This document shows positions 50,301-62,620 of a DNA stretch of 64,000 nucleotides, piece by piece. Under the pieces are notes generated by a model. It was not told the DNA's origin and searched no databases. It saw only the letters and a list, made by a program, of their open reading frames with translations. The stretch's first letter is position 1. Each line of letters starts with the position of its first letter. This DNA comes from Eledone cirrhosa (taxonomy: Eukaryota): assembly GCA_964016885.1 (NCBI GenBank), contig CAXHJY010000738.1, forward strand, positions 248,001 to 312,000, written 5' to 3'. Made by a program: the position numbers and the translations under genes.

Positions 50301-53300
50301 ACAGTAGACATATTACAGTACAGTATGTATATTACAGTACAGTAGGTATATTACAGTACAGTAGGTATATTACAGTACAGTAGGTATATTACAGTACAGT
50401 AGGTATATTACAGTACAGTAGATATATTACAGTACAGTAGGTATATTACAGTACAGTAGGTATATTACAGTACAGTAGGTATATTACAGTACAGTAGGTA
50501 TATTACAGTACAGTAGATATATTACAGTACAGTAGATATATTACAGTACAGTAGATAGATTACAGTACAGTAGATATATTACAGTACAGTAGGTATATTA
50601 CAGTACAATAGATATATTACAGTACAGTAGGTATATTATAGTACAGTAGGTATATTACACTACAGTAGGTATATTACAGTACAGTAGATATATTACAGTA
50701 CAGTAGGTATATTACAGTACAGTATGTATATTACAGTACAGTATGTATATTACAGTACAGTAGGTATATTACAGTACAGTAGGTATAATACAGTACAGTA
50801 GGTATATTACAGTACAGTAGGTATATTACAGTACAGTAGGTATATTACAGTACAGTAGGTATAATAAAGTACAGTAGGTATAATACAGTACAGTAGGTAT
50901 ATTACAGTACAGTAGGTATATTACAGTACAGTAGGTATATTACAGTACAGTAGATATATTACAGTACAGTAGATATATTACAGTACAGTAGATAGATTAC
51001 AGTACAGTAGATATATTACAGTACAGTAGGTATATTACAGTACAGTAGATATATTACAGTACAGTAGGTATATTATAGTACAGTAGGTATATTACAGTAC
51101 AGTAGGTATATTACAGTACAGTAGGTAAAATACAGTAAAGTAGGTATATTACAGTACAGTAGGTATATTACACTAGAGTAGGTCACATACAGTACAGTAG
51201 GTATATTACAGTACAGTAGGTATATTACAGTACAGTAGGTATGTTACAGTACATTAGGTATATTACAGTACAGTAGGTATATTACAGTACAGTAGGTATA
51301 TTACAGTACAGTAGATATATTACAGTACAGTAGATATATTACAGTACAGTAGGTATATTACAGTACAGTAGATATATTACAGTACAGTAGATATATTACA
51401 GTACAGTAGGTATATTACAGTACAGTAGGTATATTACAGTACAGTAGATAGAGTACAGTACAGTAGATATATTACAGTACAGTAGGTATATTACAGTACA
51501 GTAGGTATAATACAGTACAGTAGGTATATTACAGTACAGTAGGTATATTACAGTGCAGTAGGTATATTACAGTACAGTAGGTATATTACAGTACAGTAGG
51601 TATATTACAGTACAGTAGGTATATTACAGTACAGTAGACATATTACAGTACAGTATGTATATTACAGTACAGTAGGTATATTACAGTACAGTAGACATAT
51701 TACAGTACAGTATGTATATTACAGTACAGTAGGTATATTACAGTACAGTAGGTATATTACAGTACAGTAGGTATATTACAGTACAGTAGGTATATTAGAG
51801 TACAGTAGGTATATTACAGTACAGTAGGTATATTACAGTACAGTAGGTATATTACAGTACAGTAGGTATAATACAGTACAGTAGGTATATTACAGTACAG
51901 TAGGTATATTACAGTACAGTAGGTATATTACAGTACAGTAGGTATATTACAGTACAGTAGGTATATTACAGTACAGTAGGTATATTACAGTACAGTAGAT
52001 ATATTACAGTACAGTAGGTATATTACAGTACAGTAGGTATATTACAGTACAGTAGATATATTACAGTACAGTAGGTATAATACCATACAGTAGGTATATT
52101 ACAGTACAGTAGGTATATTACAGTACAGTAGGTATAATACAGTACAGTAGATATATTACAGTACAGTAGGTATATTACACTACAGTAGGTATATTACAGT
52201 ACAGTAAGTATATTAATGTACAGTAGGTATAATACAGTACAGTAGGTATATTACAGTACAGTAGGTATATTACAGTACAGTAGGTATATTACAGTACAGT
52301 AGGTATATTACAGTACAGTAGGTATATTACACTACAGTAGGTATATTACAGTACAGTAGGTATATTAAAGTACAGTAGGTATAATACAGTACAGTAGGTA
52401 TATTACAGTAGAGTAGGTATATTACAGTACAGTAGATATAATACAGTACAGTAGATATATTACAGTACAGTAGGTATATTACAGTACAGTAGGTATATTA
52501 CAGTACAGTAGGTATATTACAGTACAGTAGGTATATTACAGTATAGTAGGTATATTACAGTACAGTAGGTATATTACAGTACAGTAGATATATTACAGTA
52601 CAGTAGGTATATTACAGTACAGTAGGTATATTATAGTACATTAGATATATTACAGTACAGTAGGTATATTACAGTACAGTAGATATATTACAGTACAGTA
52701 GATATATTACAGTACAGTAGGTATAATACAGTACAGTAGATATATTACAGTACAGTAGGTATATTACAGTACAGTAGGTATATTACAGTATAGTAGATAT
52801 ATTACAGTACAGTAGGTATAATACAGTAAACTAGGTATATTACAGTACAGTAGGTATATTACAGTACAGTAGGTATAATACAGTACAGTAGGTATATTAC
52901 AGTACAGTAGGTATATTACAGTACTGTAGGTATGTTACAGTACAGTAGGTATATTACAGTACAGTAGATATATTACAGTACAGTAGGTATATTACAGTAC
53001 AGTAGGTATATTACATTACAGTAGATATATTACAGTACAGTAGGTATATTACAGTACAGTAGGTATATTACAGTACAGTAGATAGAGTACAGTACAGTAG
53101 ATATATTACAGTACAGTAGGTATATTACAGTACAGTAGGTATATTACAGTACTGTAGGTATATTACAGTACAGTAGGTATATTACAGTACAGTAGGTATA
53201 TTACAGTACAGTAGATATGTTACAGTACAGTAGGTATATTACAGTACAGTAGATAGATTACAGTAGATATATTACAGTACAGTAGATATATTACAGTACA

Positions 53301-55240
53301 GTAGGTATATTACAGTACAGTAGGTATATTACAGTACAGTAGGTATATTACAGTACAGTAGGTATATTACAGTACAGTAGATATATTACAGTACAGTAGG
53401 TATAATACAGTACAGTAGGTATATTACAGTACAGTAGGTATATTACAGTACAGTAGGGATATTACAGTACAGTAGTTATAATACAGTACAGTAGGTATAT
53501 TACAGTACAGTAGTTATAATACAGTACAGTAGGTATATTACAGTACAGTAGGTATATTACAGTACAGTAGGTATATTACAGTACAGTAGGTATATTACAG
53601 TACAGTAGGTATATTACAGTACAGTAGGTATATTACAGTACAGTAGATATATTACAGTACAGTAGGTATAATACCATACAGTAGGTATATTACAGTACAG
53701 TAGGTATATTACAGTACAGTAGGTATAATACAGTACAGTAGATATATTACAGTACAGTAGGTATATTACAGTACAGTAGGTATATTACAGTACAGTAGGT
53801 ATATTACAATACAGTAGATATATTACAGTACAGTAGATATATTACAGTACAGTAGATATATTACAGTACAGTAGGTATATTACAGTACAGTAGATAGATT
53901 ACAGTATAGTAGATAGATTACAGTACAATAGGTATATTACAGTACAGTATATAGATTACAGTACAGTAAATATATTACAGTACAGTAGGTATATTACAGT
54001 ACAGTAGGTATATTACAGTACAGTAGACATATTACAGTACAGTAGACATATTACAGTACAGTAGGTATATTACAGTACAGTATGTATATTACAGTACAGT
54101 AGGTATAATACAGTACAGTAGGTATATTACAGTACAGTAGGTATATTACAGTACAGTAGGTATATTATAGTACAGTAGGTATATTACAGTACAGTAGATA
54201 TATTACAGTACAGTAGGTATATTATAGTACAGTAGGTATATTACAGTACAGTAGGTATATTACAGTACAGTAGGTAAAATACAGTAAAGTAGGTATATTA
54301 CAGTACAGTAGGTATATTACACTAGAGTAGGTCACATACAGTACAGTAGGTATATTACAGTACAGTAGGTATATTACACTACAGTAGGTATATTACAGTA
54401 CAGTAGGTATATTAAAGTACAGTAGGTATAATACAGTACAGTAGGTATATTACAGTAGAGTAGGTATATTACAGTACAGTAGATATAATACAGTACAGTA
54501 GATATATTACAGTACAGTAGGTATATTACAGTACAGTAGGTATATTACAGTACAGTAGGTATATTACAGTACAGTAGGTATATTACAGTACAGTAGGTAT
54601 ATTACAGTACAGTAGATATATTACAGTACAGTAGGTATATTACAGTACAGTAGGTATATTATAGTACATTAGATATATTACAGTACAGTAGGTATATTAC
54701 AGTACAGTAGATATATTACAGTACAGTAGATATATTACAGTACAGTAGGTATAATACAGTACAGTAGATATATTACAGTACAGTAGGTATATTACAGTAC
54801 AGTAGGTATATTACAGTATAGTAGATATATTACAGTACAGTAGGTATAATACAGTAAACTAGGTATATTACAGTACAGTAGGTATATTACAGTACAGTAG
54901 GTATAATACAGTACAGTAGGTATATTACAGTACAGTAGGTATATTACAGTACTGTAGGTATGTTACAGTACAGTAGTTATATTACAGTACAGTAGATATA
55001 TTACAGTACAGTAGGTATATTACAGTACAGTAGGTATATTACAGTACAGTAGATATATTACAGTACAGTAGGTATATTACAGTACAGTAGGTATATTACA
55101 GTACAGTAGATAGAGTACAGTACAGTAGATATATTACAGTACAGTAGGTATATTACAGTACAGTAGGTATATTACAGTACTGTAGGTATATTACAGTACA
55201 GTAGGTATATTACAGTACAGTAGGTATATTACAGTACAGT
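38400..55240 (+). repeat. Large tandem duplication, period ~8.4 kb (offset 8,465 stepping to 8,389 and then 8,370)
   Basis: AGTAGATAGA 38441/46906 and AGGTCACATA 39071/47536 (8465); the 1-bp insertion unit ATAATACATGTAC 39493/47882 and ATTAAAGTTC 40351/48740 (8389); TACAGTACGT 41721/50091, GGTCACATAC 42811/51181, 14-bp unit 44881/53251 and TGTAGG 46811/55181 (8370). Confidence 0.92.
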
Positions 55241-58200
55241 AGATATGTTACAGTACAGTAGGTATATTACAGTACAGTAGATAGATTACAGTACAGTAGA
55301 TATATTACAGTACAGTAGATATATTACATTACAGTAGGTATATTACAGTACAGTAGGTATATTACAGTACAGTAGGTATATTACAGTACAGTAGGTATAT
55401 TACAGTACAGTAGATATATTACAGTACAGTAGGTATAATATAGTACAGTAGGTATATTACAGTACAGTAGGTATATTACAGTACAGTAGGGATATTACAG
55501 TACAGTAGTTATAATACAGTACAGTAGGTATATTACAGTACAGTAGTTATAATACAGTACAGTAGGTATATTACAGTACAGTAGGTATATTACAGTACAG
55601 TAGGTATATTACAGTACAGTAGGTATATTACAGTACAGTAGGTATATTACAGTACAGTAGGTATATTACAGTACAGTAGATATATTACAGTACAGTAGGT
55701 ATAATACCATACAGTAGGTATATTACAGTACAGTAGGTATATTACAGTACAGTAGGTATAATACAGTACAGTAGATATATTACAGTACAGTAGGTATATT
55801 ACAGTACAGTAGGTATATTACAGTACAGTAGGTATATTACAATACAGTAGATATATTACAGTACAGTAGATATATTACAGTACAGTAGATATATTACAGT
55901 ACAGTAGGTATATTACAGTACAGTAGATAGATTACAGTATAGTAGATAGATTACAGTACAATAGGTATATTACAGTACAGTATATAGATTACAGTACAGT
56001 AAATATATTACAGTACAGTAGGTATATTACAGTACAGTAGGTATATTACAGTACAGTAGACATATTACAGTACAGTAGACATATTACAGTACAGTAGGTA
56101 TATTACAGTACAGTATGTATATTACAGTACAGTAGGTATAATACAGTACAGTAGGTATATTACAGTACAGTAGGTATATTACAGTACAGTAGGTATATTA
56201 TAGTACAGTAGGTATATTACAGTACAGTAGATATATTACAGTACAGTAGGTATATTATAGTACAGTAGGTATATTATAGTACAGTAGGTATATTACAGTA
56301 CAGTAGGTATATTACAGTACAGTAGGTATATTATAGTACAGTAGGTATATTACAGTACAGTAGATATATTACAGTACAGTAGGTATATTACAGTACAGTA
56401 GGTATATTATAGTACAGTAGGTATATTACAGTACAGTAGATATATTACAGTACAGTAGGTATATTATAGTACAGTAGGTATATTACAGTACAGTAGGTAT
56501 ATTACAGTACAGTAGGTAAAATACAGTAAAGTAGGTATATTACAGTACAGTAGGTATATTACAGTACAGTAGATATATTACAGTACAGTAGGTATATTAC
56601 AGTACAGTAGGTATATTATAGTACAGTAGGTATATTACAGTACAGTAGATATATTACACTACAGTAGGTATATTACAGTACAGTAAGTATATTAATGTAC
56701 AGTAGGTATAATACAGTACAGTAGGTATATTACAGTACAGTAGGTATATTACAGTACAGTAGGTATATTACAGTACAGTAGGTATATTACAGTACAGTAG
56801 GTATATTACACTACAGTAGGTATATTACAGTACAGTAGGTATATTAAAGTACAGTAGGTATAATACAGTACAGTAGGTATATTACAGTAGAGTAGGTATA
56901 TTACAGTACAGTAGATATAATACAGTACAGTAGATATATTACAGTACAGTAGGTATATTACAGTACAGTAGGTATATTACAGTACAGTATGTATATTACA
57001 GTACAGTAGGTATATTACAGTACAGTAGGTATATTACAGTACAGTAGATATATTACAGTACAGTAGGTATATTCCAGTACAGTAGGTATATTATAGTACA
57101 TTAGATATATTACAGTACAGTAGGTATATTACAGTACAGTAGATATATTACAGTACAGTAGATATATTACAGTACAGTAGGTATATTACAGTACAGTAGA
57201 TATATTACATTACAGTAGGTATATTACAGTACAGTAGGTATATTACAGTACAGTAGGTATATTACAGTACAGTAGGTATATTACAGTACAGTAGATATAT
57301 TACAGTACAGTAGGTATAATATAGTACAGTAGGTATATTACAGTACAGTAGGTATATTACAGTACAGTAGGGATATTACAGTACAGTAGTTATAATACAG
57401 TACAGTAGGTATATTACAGTACAGTAGTTATAATACAGTACAGTAGGTATATTACAGTACAGTAGGTATATTACAGTACAGTAGGTATATTACAGTACAG
57501 TAGGTATATTACAGTACAGTAGGTATATTACAGTACAGTAGGTATATTACAGTACAGTAGATATATTACAGTACAGTAGGTATAATACCATACAGTAGGT
57601 ATATTACAGTACAGTAGGTATATTACAGTACAGTAGGTATAATACAGTACAGTAGATATATTACAGTACAGTAGGTATATTACAGTACAGTAGGTATATT
57701 ACAGTACAGTAGGTATATTAAAGTACAGTAGGTATAATACAGTACAGTAGGTATATTACAGTAGAGTAGGTATATTACAGTACAGTAGATATAATACAGT
57801 ACAGTAGATATATTACAGTACAGTAGGTATATTACAGTACAGTAGGTATATTACAGTACAGTAGGTATATTACAGTACAGTAGGTATATTACAGTACAGT
57901 AGGTATATTACAGTACAGTAGGTATATTACAGTACAGTAGATATATTACAGTACAGTAGGTATATTACAGTACAGTAGGTATATTATAGTACATTAGATA
58001 TATTACAGTACAGTAGGTATATTACAGTACAGTAGATATATTACAGTACAGTAGATATATTACAGTACAGTAGGTATAATACAGTACAGTAGATATATTA
58101 CAGTACAGTAGGTATATTACAGTACAGTAGGTATATTACAGTATAGTAGATATATTACAGTACAGTAGGTATAATACAGTAAACTAGGTATATTACAGTA

Positions 58201-61200
58201 CAGTAGGTATATTACAGTACAGTAGGTATAATACAGTACAGTAGGTATATTACAGTACAGTAGGTATATTACAGTACTGTAGGTATGTTACAGTACAGTA
58301 GGTATAATACAGTACAGTAGGTATATTACAGTACATTAGGTATATTACAGTGCAGTAGGTATATTACAGTACAGTAGGTATATTACAGTACAGTAGGTAT
58401 ATTACAGTACAGTAGATATATTACAGTACAGTAGGTATATTACAGTACAGTAGGTATATTACAGTACAGTAGATATATTACAGTACAGTAGGTATATTAC
58501 AGTACAGTAGGTATATTACAGTACAGTAGATAGAGTACAGTACAGTAGATATATTACAGTACAGTAGGTATATTACAGTACAGTAGGTATATTACAGTAC
58601 TGTAGGTATATTACAGTACAGTAGGTATATTACAGTACAGTAGGTATATTACAGTACAGTAGATATGTTACAGTACAGTAGGTATATTACAGTACAGTAG
58701 ATAGATTACAGTAGATATATTACAGTACAGTAGATATATTACAGTACAGTAGGTATATTACAGTACAGTAGGTATATTACAGTACAGTAGGTATATTACA
58801 GTACAGTAGGTATATTACAGTACAGTAGATATATTACAGTACAGTAGGTATAATACAGTACAGTAGGTATATTACAGTACAGTAGGTATATTACAGTACA
58901 GTAGGGATATTACAGTACAGTAGTTATAATACAGTACAGTAGGTATATTACAGTACAGTAGTTATAATACAGTACAGTAGGTATATTACAGTACAGTAGG
59001 TATATTACAGTACAGTAGGTATATTACAGTACAGTAGGTATATTACAGTACAGTAGGTATATTACAGTACAGTAGGTATATTACAGTACAGTAGATATAT
59101 TACAGTACAGTAGGTATAATACCATACAGTAGGTATATTACAGTACAGTAGGTATATTACAGTACAGTAGGTATAATACAGTACAGTAGATATATTACAG
59201 TACAGTAGGTATATTACAGTACAGTAGGTATATTACAGTACAGTAGGTATATTACAATACAGTAGATATATTACAGTACAGTAGATATATTACAGTACAG
59301 TAGATATATTACAGTACAGTAGGTATATTACAGTACAGTAGATAGATTACAGTATAGTAGATAGATTACAGTACAATAGGTATATTACAGTACAGTATAT
59401 AGATTACAGTACAGTAAATATATTACAGTACAGTAGGTATATTACAGTACAGTAGGTATATTACAGTACAGTAGACATATTACAGTACAGTAGACATATT
59501 ACAGTACAGTAGGTATATTACAGTACAGTATGTATATTACAGTACAGTAGGTATAATACAGTACAGTAGGTATATTACAGTACAGTAGGTATATTACAGT
59601 ACAGTAGGTATATTATAGTACAGTAGGTATATTACAGTACAGTAGATATATTACAGTACAGTAGGTATATTATAGTACAGTAGGTATATTACAGTACAGT
59701 AGGTATATTACAGTACAGTAGGTAAAATACAGTAAAGTAGGTATATTACAGTACAGTAGGTATATTACACTAGAGTAGGTCACATACAGTACAGTAGGTA
59801 TATTACAGTACAGTAGGTATATTACACTACAGTAGGTATATTACAGTACAGTAGGTATATTAAAGTACAGTAGGTATAATACAGTACAGTAGGTATATTA
59901 CAGTAGAGTAGGTATATTACAGTACAGTAGATATAATACAGTACAGTAGATATATTACAGTACAGTAGGTATATTACAGTACAGTAGGTATATTACAGTA
60001 CAGTAGGTATATTACAGTACAGTAGGTATATTACAGTACAGTAGGTATATTACAGTACAGTAGATATATTACAGTACAGTAGGTATATTACAGTACAGTA
60101 GGTATATTATAGTACATTAGATATATTGCAGTACAGTAGGTATATTACAGTACAGTAGATATATTACAGTACAGTAGATATATTACAGTACAGTAGGTAT
60201 AATACAGTACAGTAGATATATTACAGTACAGTAGGTATATTACAGTACAGTAGGTATATTACAGTATAGTAGATATATTACAGTACAGTAGGTATAATAC
60301 AGCAAACTAGGTATATTACAGTACAGTAGGTATATTACAGTACAGTAGGTATAATACAGTACAGTAGGTATATTACAGTACAGTAGGTATATTACAGTAC
60401 TGTAGGTATGTTACAGTACAGTAGTTATATTACAGTACAGTAGATATATTACAGTACAGTAGGTATATTACAGTACAGTAGGTATATTACAGTACAGTAG
60501 ATATATTACAGTACAGTAGGTATATTACAGTACAGTAGGTATATTACAGTACAGTAGATAGAGTACAGTACAGTAGATATATTACAGTACAGTAGGTATA
60601 TTACAGTACAGTAGCTATATTACAGTACTGTAGGTATATTACAGTACAGTAGGTATATTACAGTACAGTAGGTATATTACAGTACAGTAGATATGTTACA
60701 GTACAGTAGGTATATTACAGTACAGTAGATAGATTACAGTACAGTAGATATATTACAGTACAGTAGATATATTACATTACAGTAGGTATATTACAGTACA
60801 GTAGGTATATTACAGTACAGTAGGTATATTACAGTACAGTAGGTATATTACAGTACAGTAGATATATTACAGTACAGTAGGTATAATATAGTACAGTAGG
60901 TATATTACAGTACAGTAGGTATATTACAGTACAGTAGGGATATTACAGTACAGTAGTTATAATACAGTACAGTAGGTATATTACAGTACAGTAGTTATAA
61001 TACAGTACAGTAGGTATATTACAGTACAGTAGGTATATTACAGTACAGTAGGTATATTACAGTACAGTAGGTATATTACAGTACAGTAGGTATATTACAG
61101 TACAGTAGGTATATTACAGTACAGTAGATATATTACAGTACAGTAGGTATAATACCATACAGTAGGTATATTACAGTACAGTAGGTATATTACAGTACAG

Positions 61201-62620
61201 TAGGTATAATACAGTACAGTAGATATATTACAGTACAGTAGGTATATTACAGTACAGTAGGTATATTACAGTACAGTAGGTATATTACAATACAGTAGAT
61301 ATATTACAGTACAGTAGATATATTACAGAACAGTAGATATATTACAGTACAGTAGGTATATTACAGTACAGTAGATAGATTACAGTATAGTAGATAGATT
61401 ACAGTACAATAGGTATATTACAGTACAGTATATAGATTACAGTACAGTAAATATATTACAGTACAGTAGGTATATTACAGTACAGTAGGTATATTACAGT
61501 ACAGTAGACATATTACAGTACAGTAGACATATTACAGTACAGTAGGTATATTACAGTACAGTATGTATATTACAGTACAGTAGGTATAATACAGTACAGT
61601 AGGTATATTACAGTACAGTAGGTATATTACAGTACAGTAGGTATATTATAGTACAGTAGGTATATTACAGTACAGTAGATATATTACAGTACAGTAGGTA
61701 TATTATAGTACAGTAGGTATATTATAGTACAGTAGGTATATTACAGTACAGTAGGTATATTACAGTACAGTAGGTATATTATAGTACAGTAGGTATATTA
61801 CAGTACAGTAGATATATTACAGTACAGTAGGTATATTACAGTACAGTAGGTATATTATAGTACAGTAGGTATATTACAGTACAGTAGATATATTACAGTA
61901 CAGTAGGTATATTATAGTACAGTAGGTATATTACAGTACAGTAGGTATATTACAGTACAGTAGGTAAAATACAGTAAAGTAGGTATATTACAGTACAGTA
62001 GGTATATTACAGTACAGTAGATATATTACAGTACAGTAGGTATATTACAGTACAGTAGGTATATTATAGTACAGTAGGTATATTACAGTACAGTAGATAT
62101 ATTACACTACAGTAGGTATATTACAGTACAGTAAGTATATTAATGTACAGTAGGTATAATACAGTACAGTAGGTATATTACAGTACAGTAGGTATATTAC
62201 AGTACAGTAGGTATATTACAGTACAGTAGGTATATTACAGTACAGTAGGTATATTATACTACAGTAGGTATATTACAGTACAGTAGGTATATTAAAGTAC
62301 AGTAGGTATAATACAGTACAGTAGGTATATTACAGTAGAGTAGGTATATTACAGTACAGTAGATATAATACAGTACAGTAGATATATTACAGTACAGTAG
62401 GTATATTACAGTACAGTAGGTATATTACAGTACAGTAGGTATATTACAGTACAGTAGGTATATTACAGTACAGTAGGTATATTACAGTACAGTAGATATA
62501 TTACAGTACAGTAGGTATATTCCAGTACAGTAGGTATATTATAGTACATTAGATATATTACAGTACAGTAGGTATATTACAGTACAGTAGATATATTACA
62601 GTACAGTAGATATATTACAG
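52360..62620 (+). repeat. Duplication ~52360-57170 vs ~57710-62620, main offset 5,448 bp (287 monomers, one of them a 14-bp unit)
   Basis: GGTCACATAC 54330/59778; ATATTACATT 55321/60769; AGTAGGTAAA 56511/61959; ATTCCAG 57071/62519 (all 5448). At the left end the offset is 5353 (GAGTAGG 52411/57764). Confidence 0.88.
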
